Assembly (NCBI GenBank): GCA_050246315.1
Contig: JBFWWG010000013.1
Location: 40,366-104,365, forward strand
Source: Nitrospiraceae bacterium
GTDB taxonomy: Bacteria; Nitrospirota; Nitrospiria; Nitrospirales; Nitrospiraceae
Reading direction: 5' to 3'
DNA length: 64,000 nt
Part shown: positions 19,814-30,369 of the stretch, piece by piece
Position numbering within the stretch: position 1 is the first letter of the stretch
Layout: every line of letters starts with the position of its first letter
Notes under the pieces: generated by a model
Seen by the model: the letters and a program-made list of their open reading frames with translations, nothing else
Told to the model about the DNA's origin: nothing
Databases searched by the model: none
Made by a program: the position numbers and the translations under genes

Positions 19814-21496
19814 ATGGAACGCCTGCGGATGCGGGGGCAGTGGTCGGAGGTGTTCGGACCGGGCGGGCTGCCTGAGTTCGAACGAATGCTGCCATCGGTC
19901 TTGGGGTCTGTCCGATGGTTTGCCGACAAGGCCCGGGAAATCTACTCCGCGACCGTTCGGGACGCCATCCCGATGGCCCATGGCACGATGCGCTCGTATC
20001 TGACGCTGATTGACGTGGAGTTCGCCGATGGGGAGGCGAAGACGTACGTGGTTCCCTGGTCGTTTTCGCCGAACCGGCTTCCGAGAGCGGATCAGGGAAG
20101 CGGACCCTCGCTTGTGGTGGCGCTGGAGTGCGAAGAAGGAGCGAAGGAATCATCGGGCTTCCTCTATGATGCGATGTGGAACGAAGGATTTGTGTCGGCG
20201 TTACTCGACGTGATCCGATCGAACGGGAGGATTGCGGCCCGTGGAGACTGGATCGTTGGCTCGCGTCCCGACGCCACGGAAGAGACGGAAGGTACGGGAG
20301 GGAATATCGGTACGGACTTCTCAGGGGAACGGGCAAGCTGTCACGTCATAGACGGAGAACAGAGCAACAGCTCGGTCGTGGTGAGCGATCAGGTCATCCT
20401 CAAACTGTACCGGCAACTTGGCGAGGGGATCAATCCGGAGTTGGAAATCGGCCGTGTTCTGACCAAGACGCGATTCACCCACTCGCCGGCGCTGCTCGGC
20501 GCGATCGAGTATGTCCGTGTCGATCGGGAGCCGGTCACGTTGGCCATCCTCCAACGATTCGTCCGAAACCAGGGAGATGCCTGGCGATTCAGTCTCGATG
20601 CGGCGTCTGAATGTCTTCATCGGGTGGCCGCGGGCGGCTTCTCACGGTGTACGGGTCCGTTCGCGGCCCCGCCGCCTCTCGAATGGTCTGAGGGCGACTG
20701 TCCCGATGCGGTTCGCGAGTTGATCGGGTCCTATTGGGAATCCGCAGAACGACTGGGGACTCGGACCGCCGATTTGCATGTTGCGCTGGCCCGGGCCTCC
20801 GCCAATGTGAATTTTGCCCCGGAGCCTGCGACCACAGAGTACTGGACGATGCGATACGAGTCGCAAGCAAAGCTGATCGAGCGTACGTGCGGATTGCTCC
20901 GCGCACGGCGCCGGCTGCTTCCGCTTGGTAGTCGAAAGGAGGCGGACTGCGTGCTGGAACTGGAGTCGGTCATCCTTGCGCAATTCCGGCACGTGATGGA
21001 GCGTGATCCGGAGGCCTGGCGCATTCGCTGTCACGGCGACTACCACCTCGGCCAGCTCTTACGCTGCGATCACGATTTCATGATCATCGACTTCGAAGGC
21101 GAGCCGGCCCGTTCATTGGCCGAGCGGCGGACAAAGCATCCCGCCGTGCTTGACGTGGCAGGCATGCTCCGGTCCTTGCATTACGTGCCCTATGCGTGCC
21201 TGGACCGACTGCCATCTCGGCCGGCGGCGGTGGCATCGATTCCGGTTGAGGACCGGGAGGCCTGGGCGGAGTGGTGGTCGGGCTGGACCAGCCTCCAGTT
21301 TCTGAAGGCCTACCTTTCCGGCGTCTCCCGGGAAGAGCTGTGGCCGTCCGATCGGGACGAAGCAAGACGGCTCTTGATCTCGCACCTGCTGGAGAAAGCG
21401 GTTTATGAGCTGGCCTACGAACTCAACAACCGTCCCGCCTGGGTGGGGATTCCGTTGAAGGGCATTCTGAAGACGCTGGAATTTTCTCGCAGGTGA
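19814..21496 (+). CDS. mak: Maltokinase (Pep2/Mak)
   Basis: EQSNSSV, LKLYR..GINPELEIG, RIRCHGDYHLGQ, IIDFEGEP, DVAGMLRS, YELNNRP.W. Confidence 0.9.
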   Translation: MERLRMRGQWSEVFGPGGLPEFERMLPSVLGSVRWFADKAREIYSATVRDAIPMAHGTMRSYLTLIDVEFADGEAKTYVVPWSFSPNRLPRADQGSGPSLVVALECEEGAKESSGFLYDAMWNEGFVSALLDVIRSNGRIAARGDWIVGSRPDATEETEGTGGNIGTDFSGERASCHVIDGEQSNSSVVVSDQVILKLYRQLGEGINPELEIGRVLTKTRFTHSPALLGAIEYVRVDREPVTLAILQRFVRNQGDAWRFSLDAASECLHRVAAGGFSRCTGPFAAPPPLEWSEGDCPDAVRELIGSYWESAERLGTRTADLHVALARASANVNFAPEPATTEYWTMRYESQAKLIERTCGLLRARRRLLPLGSRKEADCVLELESVILAQFRHVMERDPEAWRIRCHGDYHLGQLLRCDHDFMIIDFEGEPARSLAERRTKHPAVLDVAGMLRSLHYVPYACLDRLPSRPAAVASIPVEDREAWAEWWSGWTSLQFLKAYLSGVSREELWPSDRDEARRLLISHLLEKAVYELAYELNNRPAWVGIPLKGILKTLEFSRR

Positions 21497-21570
21497 GGAC
21501 CTGGCTGGATAGGGAGGCCGAACCGGACCGCGCCATGCCACCGTACAAGAGAGGGGAAGGGACCTGAGAT

Positions 21571-23505
21571 ATGACCATGCATCACGCGCAAAATCTGACA
21601 ATCGGCGAACCTCACCGCTTCACCGAGGATGATCTCCATCTGTTCAATGAAGGCACGCATTTTCGATTGTTCGACAAATTGGGTGCGCATCCGATCGAGG
21701 TGAACGGAGTCACCGGCACCCACTTTTCGGTCTGGGCTCCCAACGCGGAGTCCGTCGCTGTGATCGGAAATTTCAACGACTGGGACCCTGAACGGCATGC
21801 ACTCCGACCGTCCGGAAGCTCGGGAATCTGGGCGGGCGTCGTGCCCGGGGTCGGGAAAGGGACGCTGTACAAGTACCACATCCGCTCCCACCACAACGGG
21901 TATCGGGTGGACAAGCCCGATCCTGTATCCTTCTTCAACGAAATTCCACCGAAGTCGGCCTCGATCGTCTGGGATGTGCACTATGATTGGCAAGACGGCG
22001 AATGGATGCGGCACCGCCGCCGGCACAACGCGCTGGATGCTCCCATCTCGATTTATGAGCTGCATCTGGGATCCTGGCGGCGCGTGCTCGCGGAGGGCAA
22101 CCGATCGCTGAGCTATCGAGAATTGGCCGTTCCCCTGGCCGAGTATGTGCGGGACGCCGGCTTCACCCACGTGGAGTTTCTTCCGCTGATGGATCATCCC
22201 TTCTTTGGATCATGGGGGTACCAAACGACCGGCTACTTTGCGCCATCCGGCTGCTACGGCACGCCGCAGGACCTGATGTTCCTGATCGACATCCTGCATC
22301 AGCACGGGATCGGGGTGATTCTGGATTGGGTGCCGTCCCATTTCCCGACCGATGAGCATGGGCTCGGATTCTTCGACGGGACGCACCTCTACGAACATGC
22401 CCATCCGCATCAGGGATACCATCCGGACTGGAACACCTACGTCTTCAATTACGGACGGAACGAGATCCGCAGCTTTCTCATCAGCAGCGCGTTGTTTTGG
22501 CTGGAGGCGTATCATGCCGACGGCCTGCGTGTGGATGCGGTGGCGTCGATGTTGTACCTGGACTATTCACGAAATGAGGGCGAATGGATTCCGAATCAGT
22601 ACGGCGGGCGGGAGAATCTGGACGCCATCGGATTCCTCCGTCGGTTGAATGAGGAGATCTACCGGGCGCATCCCGATGTCCAGACCTTCGCCGAGGAATC
22701 CACAGACTGGCCGATGGTGTCACGCCCGACCTATATGGGCGGACTCGGATTCGGCATGAAATGGGACATGGGTTGGATGCACGACACGCTGGAATATATG
22801 CACCTGGACCCTATTTACCGGAAGTTTCATCACAGCAACCTGACCTTTCGCCTCTTGTATGCATTTCACGAGAATTTCGTGCTGCCCTTGTCGCACGACG
22901 AAGTCGTCTATGGAAAAGGCTCGCTCCTGGGGAAGATGCCCGGCGATGACTGGCAACGGTTCGCCAATCTTCGGCTCCTCTTCGGCTACATGTTCGCCCA
23001 GCCGGCTAAGAAACTCCTGTTTATGGGAGGGGAGTTCGGGCAATGGGGCGAGTGGGCGCATGACGGCGAGTTGGAATGGTCGCTTTTGCAGGAGTCCTCG
23101 CACGCGGGATTGCGGCAATGGGTCGCCGACTTGAACCGCGTCTATCGCAACGAGCCGGCTCTGCATGAGCGGGATCTCGACCCGACGGGGTTTGAGTGGA
23201 TCGATTGTCATGATTCGGAGTCCAGCGCGATCAGCCTGTTGCGCAAGGGCAAGTCCACGGGGGATCTGGTTGCCGTCGTGTGTAACTTTACCCCGGTGCC
23301 GCGGGTGAATTACCGGATCGGCGTGCCGAGGGGAGGTCAGTGGCGGGAGATCCTGAACAGCGATGCCCGAATCTACGGAGGATCGGGATGGGGCAATCAG
23401 GGATCGGTGGATGCCGTGCCCGTTCCGCTCCATGGGCGTTCTCACTCGCTGACCATGACCCTGCCGGCTTTGTCGGCGCTGTTTCTCAAGAGCGGAAATG
23501 GATGA
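21571..23505 (+). CDS. glgB: 1,4-alpha-glucan branching enzyme
   Basis: [54 protein letters not shown]. Confidence 0.97.
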   Translation: MTMHHAQNLTIGEPHRFTEDDLHLFNEGTHFRLFDKLGAHPIEVNGVTGTHFSVWAPNAESVAVIGNFNDWDPERHALRPSGSSGIWAGVVPGVGKGTLYKYHIRSHHNGYRVDKPDPVSFFNEIPPKSASIVWDVHYDWQDGEWMRHRRRHNALDAPISIYELHLGSWRRVLAEGNRSLSYRELAVPLAEYVRDAGFTHVEFLPLMDHPFFGSWGYQTTGYFAPSGCYGTPQDLMFLIDILHQHGIGVILDWVPSHFPTDEHGLGFFDGTHLYEHAHPHQGYHPDWNTYVFNYGRNEIRSFLISSALFWLEAYHADGLRVDAVASMLYLDYSRNEGEWIPNQYGGRENLDAIGFLRRLNEEIYRAHPDVQTFAEESTDWPMVSRPTYMGGLGFGMKWDMGWMHDTLEYMHLDPIYRKFHHSNLTFRLLYAFHENFVLPLSHDEVVYGKGSLLGKMPGDDWQRFANLRLLFGYMFAQPAKKLLFMGGEFGQWGEWAHDGELEWSLLQESSHAGLRQWVADLNRVYRNEPALHERDLDPTGFEWIDCHDSESSAISLLRKGKSTGDLVAVVCNFTPVPRVNYRIGVPRGGQWREILNSDARIYGGSGWGNQGSVDAVPVPLHGRSHSLTMTLPALSALFLKSGNG

Positions 23506-23542
23506 GCGAGGGGGTCGGGTCCGGTCAAGATCCGCGTCGGAA

Positions 23543-23572
23543 TTGACAGTCATCCCGAAGGCCACGTAAGAT
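23543..23572 (+). promoter_or_regulatory. Sigma70-type promoter of the first RND operon
   Basis: TTGACA-N18-TAAGAT upstream of ORF 23587. Confidence 0.55.
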
Positions 23573-23586
23573 GACGCCCGAATCCG

Positions 23587-23892
23587 ATGAGACTTGTGTC
23601 GCTGGATCACAGTCGATCGCGAACGCTGCTCGCCGTCACGGCGTTGTTCTGTGTCGGAATCCTGTGTCTGGGCGCTGCGGCTCAGACTCTGGGAAATCCG
23701 ATTTCCTATTGGGATGTGGAGCCGGATTACGATTCGTCGGAGTCGTTGTTCGAAGACGTGCTCAATACCCCACGCGAACTGGTCTTCGCCGATCCAATGT
23801 CGGTTCTGCTTCTCGCGGATGCGGGGCCGATTCCACGTGTGCTGCTCGACCACTCTCTGTTCCGTCCTCCTTCTCTGTTACCGCTCAGCTAA
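23587..23892 (+). CDS. Small exported leader protein with C-terminal RPP motif (CzcI/DUF2946-like position)
   Basis: N-terminal hydrophobic signal, acidic middle, ends LLDHSLFRPPSLLPLS; first ORF of the czc-like operon. Confidence 0.65.
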   Translation: MRLVSLDHSRSRTLLAVTALFCVGILCLGAAAQTLGNPISYWDVEPDYDSSESLFEDVLNTPRELVFADPMSVLLLADAGPIPRVLLDHSLFRPPSLLPLS

Positions 23893-24053
23893 TCGATCAG
23901 CCGGCTGGACGACCCGAGCTTGCCGCAAATCGGCAGCGGCGCAGCGGTTCCTGCGCGACACGAGCTACCTGGCGAGCGGCTTGCCTCGAGACCGGCGTCC
24001 CTTGCGGGGGAACAGGCGTCGAATATCCACGATGCGTGTAGAGAGAGCACGCG

Positions 24054-24485
24054 ATGAGATTCAGAACAGTCATGGCGGAAGCGCTGTTGCTCAGCCTGTT
24101 GGGTTGCGCGAGCGGCGGCCCGCCCGAACCTGCACGACCTGTGCGGTACATCCAGATTCGGGATACGATCGAACCTCAGGTGCTCTATGCGACCGTCGGG
24201 GACGAAGTGCGGTGGCAGAATCTTCGGTCAGAGCCGGTGCGGATCAACATGCTTGGTAGTGAAGACTGGACCTCGCCCGGATGCGGCAAGGGGTTCTCCT
24301 GGCTGGGGATGGCGCGCGAATTTATTACGATTGAGCCGAGGGAATATGTCAGCCTCTGCGTGTCGCGCCCCCGCACCCTCCGGTTCAACGTCTGGATGAA
24401 TGCCGGCGATCTGCGAGGCCAGATCAGTCCGACGGCGACGATCCGGGTGATGGAGAAGCGAAACGATTCCGGAGGGCCGGGATGA
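24054..24485 (+). CDS. Hypothetical lipoprotein
   Basis: Lipobox LLGC; beta-rich mature part (VGDEVRWQN, two Cys). Confidence 0.7.
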   Translation: MRFRTVMAEALLLSLLGCASGGPPEPARPVRYIQIRDTIEPQVLYATVGDEVRWQNLRSEPVRINMLGSEDWTSPGCGKGFSWLGMAREFITIEPREYVSLCVSRPRTLRFNVWMNAGDLRGQISPTATIRVMEKRNDSGGPG

Positions 24486-24529
24486 CAGATACCTTGTCCG
24501 GCCTCCGGTTCTCGCAGAGGAGAAGGAAC

Positions 24530-25783
24530 ATGGCTCGTTACAGCAGACTGGCGGTTGCACTCTGGGCGGGAATCCAACTCATGTCCGGGTCGGCGCTTCC
24601 GGCAGGGGCGGCCGATCTCCCGTCGTATGAACTCGACACGGTCATTCAACTCGCCATCGAACGGAACCCGCTCATGACCGAGGCTCAGGGTCTCATCGAT
24701 CAAACGCAAGGGCAGCAGATTGCAGCCGGAGCCTATCCGAATCCGACCCTGTACGGACAAAGCGGGCGGGGCGCCATTCGCGACCCCAGCACGGGAGACT
24801 CGATCACCGAGTATGCTGTGAGCGTGGGACAGCCATTGGAGTGGCCGGGGAAGCGCGCTGCGCGGCAACGGGCTGCGGACGCGGGGTTTGCCGGAGCCGG
24901 AGCCGGGTTCTCGGAGAAGCGGCTGAACCTCATGGCCGAAGTGAGAATTGCGTTCGACGAGTTGTTGTTCGCCCAGCGCCAGGCCGAACTGGCCGAACAG
25001 AACCTCGGTATCGTGGAGGACGTGAAGCGGATTGTCACGACGAGGGTGAGGTTGGGCGAAGCCCCGCAATTTGAGGCCATCAAGGCGCAGGTGGAGGTGC
25101 TGAAGGCCAACCAGGTGGTGACGAGGGCGCGCAACACGGTTCGCGTCACGCGGGTGGCGCTGGATACCCTCACCGCAGGCGCGCTCGGACGGACCTACGC
25201 GATCAAGGGCGACTTTCGGCGTGTCCCGGGTGAACTCCTCCTTGAGGAGCTGGTGGCAAGCATGCTGAAAAATCATCCCTCGCTCAATCGGTTGGCGAGG
25301 CAGGTGGAGCGGGCCGATTACACCGTCGATTTCGAGCGGCAGGCGCGGGTCCCCAACGTGACCGTCGGCGGAGGCTATTGGAGAGAAATCGGGCGCGAGG
25401 CCGTCACGGCCAATCTCAGCGTACCGGTTCCGATCTGGTACCAGCAGAAGGGTGAAATCGCCAGCGCGCTTGGCATTCGGCGCCAGCAAGAGGCCGAGTT
25501 GCTGCGGATGCGCAATGAGCTGCTCCGGGCCGTGAATCTGCATTATCAGGACGCGCAAACGACGGCCGACCTGATTCGAGTTTTTGAAGAGGGGCTGTTG
25601 AAGCAGGCGGAAGAGGCGTTGCGCATCGCGCAATTCAGCTTCCGACAAGGCGCCTCGAGCCTGCTCGAAGTGCTCGACGCGCAACGGGTCCAGCGGCAGA
25701 TTCTCTTCGATTACACGCAGGCCCGGTTCGATTTGTCCATTTCGCTGACGCGGTTGGAACGGTCGATCGGCGGGTCGCTCTGA
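24530..25783 (+). CDS. czcC: TolC-family outer membrane factor (CzcC-like)
   Basis: Signal peptide, YPNPTL, QPLEWPGKRAAR, GASSLLEVLDAQR. Confidence 0.88.
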   Translation: MARYSRLAVALWAGIQLMSGSALPAGAADLPSYELDTVIQLAIERNPLMTEAQGLIDQTQGQQIAAGAYPNPTLYGQSGRGAIRDPSTGDSITEYAVSVGQPLEWPGKRAARQRAADAGFAGAGAGFSEKRLNLMAEVRIAFDELLFAQRQAELAEQNLGIVEDVKRIVTTRVRLGEAPQFEAIKAQVEVLKANQVVTRARNTVRVTRVALDTLTAGALGRTYAIKGDFRRVPGELLLEELVASMLKNHPSLNRLARQVERADYTVDFERQARVPNVTVGGGYWREIGREAVTANLSVPVPIWYQQKGEIASALGIRRQQEAELLRMRNELLRAVNLHYQDAQTTADLIRVFEEGLLKQAEEALRIAQFSFRQGASSLLEVLDAQRVQRQILFDYTQARFDLSISLTRLERSIGGSL

Positions 25784-25800
25784 GGGCGAACGGAGACCCT

Positions 25801-27003
25801 ATGACCAACATGGATCGGGTCGCGCGAACGTGGAGTCTGCGGGCGGTCGTGGCTGCCGGCCTGCTGATGACGGCCGGTTGCGACGCAAAGGGGCCGAATC
25901 AGGCCACCGGCGCGGCGGTGGAGGACAAGCCGGTGCCTCCGGGCGTCATCCGCGTCACCGATGAGGAGATGCAGAGCGCCGGTATCCAGACGGAAGCGGT
26001 CGTGCGATCCGATTTCCGCATGGTGCGGACCTTTCCGGGGACGGTGGTGCCGAACGAGCATGCCCTGGCCAATATCACGACCTTGGTTCGCGGGCGCGTG
26101 GTGGACGTGTATGTCGATCTGGGGCAGGAAGTGAAGTCCGGAGCGCTGTTGGCCATTCTTTACAGCGCGGAACTGGGCATGGCGCAGTCTTCCTATCTTA
26201 AGGCCAAGGCCAAACTCTATGTGGCCGAGCGTGCCTATCAACGGGCGCAGTCCTTGCTCGAAGAAAAGGTGATCGGTCTGGCTGAAGCCCAGCGGCGCGA
26301 AGGCGAGATGATCAGCCTGCGGGCGGAAGAGCGGGAGGCACAGGATCGGTTGCGTCTGCTGGGGATGAGCGATGAACAGATTCAGCAGCTCGACCGCGAC
26401 CAGAAAATCCGGTCCTATGTGCCGATCACGGCGCCGTTTGATTCGCGGGTGATCGGTCGAAACCTCACCAAAGGGGAAGTGGTCGAGGTCACGGAAAAGC
26501 TCTTTGTCGTGGCCGATCTGTCGGACGTCTGGGTGCTGGCCAGTATTCCGGAGAAGGATATCCCGTTTATCAAGCATCAGGGTGCTCCCGGTCCGAGCCA
26601 GGTGGTTGAGGTGTTGGTCAATGCCTATCCCGATGAGATCTTCCACGGGAAGGTCACCTATGTCGGAGACGTGTTGGACGCCAGGAGTCGCACGATGAAT
26701 CTCCGGCTGGAGCTGCCGAACGCCGAGCGGAAACTCAAGCCGGAAATGTACGCGACGATTCGAGTCTATTCCGCGCCGGAGAAAGACGTGCTGACCGTAT
26801 CTGAGAGCGCGATCCAGCGCGACCGAGAACGCAAATTCGTCTTCGTGCAACGCGATCCCCACACCTTCGAGCTACGCGAAGTCAAGTTGGGCGAATCCGA
26901 CGGACAGATGGTCAAGGTCCTGGACGGCATCCTTGAAGGAGAAGCGGTCGTGACCAAGGGCGCCTTCGTCCTCAAGTCTGAGCTGCTCGGGGAACAAATT
27001 TAG
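25801..27003 (+). CDS. czcB: RND periplasmic adaptor (CzcB-like)
   Basis: Lipobox TAGC, ITAPFDSRV, LFVVADLSDVWV, LKPEMYA, GEAVVTKGAF. Confidence 0.9.
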   Translation: MTNMDRVARTWSLRAVVAAGLLMTAGCDAKGPNQATGAAVEDKPVPPGVIRVTDEEMQSAGIQTEAVVRSDFRMVRTFPGTVVPNEHALANITTLVRGRVVDVYVDLGQEVKSGALLAILYSAELGMAQSSYLKAKAKLYVAERAYQRAQSLLEEKVIGLAEAQRREGEMISLRAEEREAQDRLRLLGMSDEQIQQLDRDQKIRSYVPITAPFDSRVIGRNLTKGEVVEVTEKLFVVADLSDVWVLASIPEKDIPFIKHQGAPGPSQVVEVLVNAYPDEIFHGKVTYVGDVLDARSRTMNLRLELPNAERKLKPEMYATIRVYSAPEKDVLTVSESAIQRDRERKFVFVQRDPHTFELREVKLGESDGQMVKVLDGILEGEAVVTKGAFVLKSELLGEQI

Positions 27004-27012
27004 CCTCACCAG

Positions 27013-30000
27013 ATGCTGGCCTCCCTGTTAGAACTCTCGCTTCGTCAGCGGGTGCTGGTCGTCACGCTGGCCAGTGTGCTCACAGCCGGCGGACTGTATG
27101 CGTTCCGCACCATCGCCATCGACGCCTTCCCGGACGTGACCAACGTTTGGGTGCAGGTCGTGACGAAAGCCCCGGGCCTGTCGCCGGCGGAAGTCGAACG
27201 GTTCGTGACATTCCCGCTCGAACTCCAGTTGACCGGGGCTCCAGGGCTGGTCGAAATCCGCTCGCTCTCCAAAGTCGGTGTGTCGCTGATCGATATCATC
27301 TTCGAGGACCGCGTCGATATTTATCTGGCCAGGCAAGTGGTGCTCGAACGAATCCTCGAAGTGCAGGAGCTGCTGCCGCCCGGGTCCGTCTCCCAACTCG
27401 TGCCCAACAGCACCGGCCTTGGGGAGGTCTATCAGTATTACCTGGAAGGCCCGAGAGACAATGACGAGGGGTATGTGCTGACGGACCAGGAACTGATGGA
27501 GCGGCGAACGCTTCAGGATTGGGTGATCAGGCCGCTCTTGAAAGGCACGCGCGACGTCGTGGAAGTGAATTCGCTGGGCGGGTTCGTCAAGCAATATCAG
27601 GTCATGGTGGAACCGGGCTTGTTGAGGAAATACGACCTGGCGCTCCATGACGTCTTCGATGCTGTCGCCAAGAACAACGCGAATGCCGGAGGGAATATCC
27701 TCGAGAAGGATGCGGAAAAGTACATCGTCCGAGGGGTCGGGCTGATCAAGGCTCTTGCGGATATCGAAAATATCGTCGTCAAGGAAGTCCACGGGACACC
27801 GGTCTACGTGCGCGATGTGGCCCACGTCCGCATCGGTCATGCGGTGCGGCACGGCGCCGCCGTTCTCAACGGGGATCGGGAGGTTGTGACCGGCATCGTG
27901 CTGATGCTTCGGGGCGGCAACGCCCGTGAGGTGGTGCAGGACGTCAAGGCGAAGGTGGACGCCATTCACAAGATGAATCTCCTTCCCAACGGGCTGCGTA
28001 TCGTGCCGTTTTACGACCGCATCGAGTTGATCACCGCGGCGCTGAAGACGGTCTATAAGGCCCTCATGGAAGGCATTGTCCTGGTCGTTGTGATCCTGTT
28101 GCTGTTTCTGGGGAATGTGCGCAGCGCCCTGATCGTGACCGCGACGTTGATCGTCACACCGCTGGTCACCTTCATCGTAATGGATCGGATGGGGTTGACC
28201 GCCAATCTGATGTCGCTGGGCGGGCTGGTCATCGCGATCGGGATGATGGTGGACGGGTCGGTGGTGGTCGTCGAGAACGTCTATCGCCTGATGTCGGAGC
28301 ACAAGGGCGATGGTCTGGATCGGAAGGCGCTCGTCATCCGGGCGGTGCAAGAGGTCGGCCAGCCGGTGATCTTCGGGATTCTCATCATCATTATTGTGTT
28401 TCTCCCCATCCTATCCCTGGAAGGGATGGAGGGAAAAATGTTTCACCCGTTGGCCTATACGATCATGATCGCGCTGTTGGTGTCGCTGGTCCTGTCGCTC
28501 ACCCTCTCCCCCGTGTTGTGCTCGCTGGTGATGAAACAAGGCAGCGAAGAAGACACGTTCCTGATCAGATGGACCAAACGTCTCTACCTGCCGACGCTGC
28601 ATTGGGCCTTGGGGCATCGGGTGGCGGTCCTGGCTACCGCGGTCGGGCTGTTGGTCGCCAGCCTGCTGTTGTTTCCGTTCCTGGGAGGCGAGTTCATTCC
28701 GATCCTCAACGAAGCGGCTCTGACGCCCCAGACGATCCGGTTGCCGAGCATTTCGCTCCAGAAATCTATTGAGATCGAGAAAGACATGCAAAAAGCGGTG
28801 CTGGAGTTCCCGGAAGTGCGGAAGGTCGTGTCCAAGATAGGACGATCCGAGCTGGGAAACGATCCCCAGGAGCCGAATGCCAGCGACCCGGTGGTCACGC
28901 TGAGACCGATGGACGAGTGGACTACGGCGAAAACCAAACCAGAACTGGACGACGCGATCCGCAAACGGCTGGAACGGGTGCCGGGCGCCAATTTTCTTAT
29001 GAGCCAGCCCATCCAACAACGGGTTGACGAATTGCTCTCGGGGGTGCGGTCCGAGGCCACCGTCAAGGTCCTGGGCGAGGATTTGGCCGTGCTGCGCAGC
29101 ACGGCCGATCGGATTCAAGAAATCATGAAATCGGTCAAGGGCGTCCAGGATGTGCGCGTGGAACAGTTGTTCGGGCAGGCCTATCTGACCATCGACATCG
29201 ATCGCGGGAAGATCGCGCGTCACGGCATCAACGTCGCCCATATCCGGGAGATCATCACGACGGCGATCGGTGCCGAGCCGGCGACGAGAGTCTATGAGGG
29301 GCAACGCCGGTTCGATTTGATCCTGCGGTATCCGGAGCAGTACCGGGACAGCGTGGAGGATATCAGCAACATCCTTCTCACGACCGCATCGGGCGCCTTG
29401 ATCCCGTTGGGCGACCTCGCCCGGGTCGAACTGACGGAAGGGCCGGCGCTGATCAGTCGGGAAGGGCTCAAACGGCGGATCTACATCGGCTTCAACACGT
29501 TGGGCCGCGATATCGAGAGCATTGTGGCGGAGGCGCAGTCCAAGATCGATCGCGGAATCAAGCTGCCTCCCGGCTATCAAATCACGTGGGGCGGCTCGTT
29601 CGAGAACATGCAGCGGGCGATGGCCCGATTACGGGTGATCGTGCCGATCACGATCGGGATCATTTTTGTGCTCCTGTTTGCCTCGTTCAACTCAGTGCGC
29701 TATGCCGCATTGATCATCATGAACCTGCCCTTCGCCATGATCGGAGGAATCGTCGCGCTCTGGGCCACCGGGGAGTATCTGAGCGTGCCCGCGTCCGTCG
29801 GATTCATCAATCTGTTCGGCGTCGCGGTCCTCAACGGGATCGTGCTTGTGTCCTACATGAACAAGCTCCGTGAGGACGGTTCCGACATCCAGGCTGCGGT
29901 CATCAATGGCTGTCTGTTGCGCCTCCGCCCGGTGCTGATGACCGCGCTCGTCGCGCTGTTAGGGTTGCTTCCCTTGGCCTTTGCCACGGGTATCGGTTCG

Positions 30001-30192
30001 GAGGTGCAGCGGCCGTTGGCGACGGTGGTGATCGGCGGGTTAGTGAGCTCGACGCTGTTGACCCTCATCGTCCTACCGGTGCTATACGGTTGGCTCGATG
30101 AAGTGGGGCACGGACGAGGCGCCAAACGCCGGCCAACGATGCAGGCGCAGATCGAGGATTCGCACGCTTCCGAAACAGCCGTCCGGCGATAA
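27013..30192 (+). CDS. czcA: Heavy-metal efflux RND permease (CzcA/CusA family)
   Basis: IDAFPDVTN, TGLGEVYQY, AIGMMVDGSVVVVEN, EGKMFHPLA, RLRPVLMTA, GSEVQRPLA. Confidence 0.93.
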   Translation: MLASLLELSLRQRVLVVTLASVLTAGGLYAFRTIAIDAFPDVTNVWVQVVTKAPGLSPAEVERFVTFPLELQLTGAPGLVEIRSLSKVGVSLIDIIFEDRVDIYLARQVVLERILEVQELLPPGSVSQLVPNSTGLGEVYQYYLEGPRDNDEGYVLTDQELMERRTLQDWVIRPLLKGTRDVVEVNSLGGFVKQYQVMVEPGLLRKYDLALHDVFDAVAKNNANAGGNILEKDAEKYIVRGVGLIKALADIENIVVKEVHGTPVYVRDVAHVRIGHAVRHGAAVLNGDREVVTGIVLMLRGGNAREVVQDVKAKVDAIHKMNLLPNGLRIVPFYDRIELITAALKTVYKALMEGIVLVVVILLLFLGNVRSALIVTATLIVTPLVTFIVMDRMGLTANLMSLGGLVIAIGMMVDGSVVVVENVYRLMSEHKGDGLDRKALVIRAVQEVGQPVIFGILIIIIVFLPILSLEGMEGKMFHPLAYTIMIALLVSLVLSLTLSPVLCSLVMKQGSEEDTFLIRWTKRLYLPTLHWALGHRVAVLATAVGLLVASLLLFPFLGGEFIPILNEAALTPQTIRLPSISLQKSIEIEKDMQKAVLEFPEVRKVVSKIGRSELGNDPQEPNASDPVVTLRPMDEWTTAKTKPELDDAIRKRLERVPGANFLMSQPIQQRVDELLSGVRSEATVKVLGEDLAVLRSTADRIQEIMKSVKGVQDVRVEQLFGQAYLTIDIDRGKIARHGINVAHIREIITTAIGAEPATRVYEGQRRFDLILRYPEQYRDSVEDISNILLTTASGALIPLGDLARVELTEGPALISREGLKRRIYIGFNTLGRDIESIVAEAQSKIDRGIKLPPGYQITWGGSFENMQRAMARLRVIVPITIGIIFVLLFASFNSVRYAALIIMNLPFAMIGGIVALWATGEYLSVPASVGFINLFGVAVLNGIVLVSYMNKLREDGSDIQAAVINGCLLRLRPVLMTALVALLGLLPLAFATGIGSEVQRPLATVVIGGLVSSTLLTLIVLPVLYGWLDEVGHGRGAKRRPTMQAQIEDSHASETAVRR

Positions 30193-30271
30193 CCGCGTCC
30201 AGCGCGGTCTTACCTTGCCCGCTGAAAGGCGTGTTTCGGACGCGCCGGGGTTGAGCGGGTGAGCATGTCGG

Positions 30272-30369
30272 CTTTCTTGACCATCCTGCACGGGGTTCTG
30301 AGATCGTCCGTGATCGCTTGCTGTGCCGGATTTCACGGGTGCTCGGAAGGTTTTTCAACAGCCTGCTAG
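30272..30369 (-). repeat. Degenerate MITE-like repeat end(s)
   Basis: GTTTTTCAACAGCCTGCTAG (30350-30369) and a weaker copy CTTTCTTGACCATCCTGC (30272-30289); same family as 6691-6830. Confidence 0.6.
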
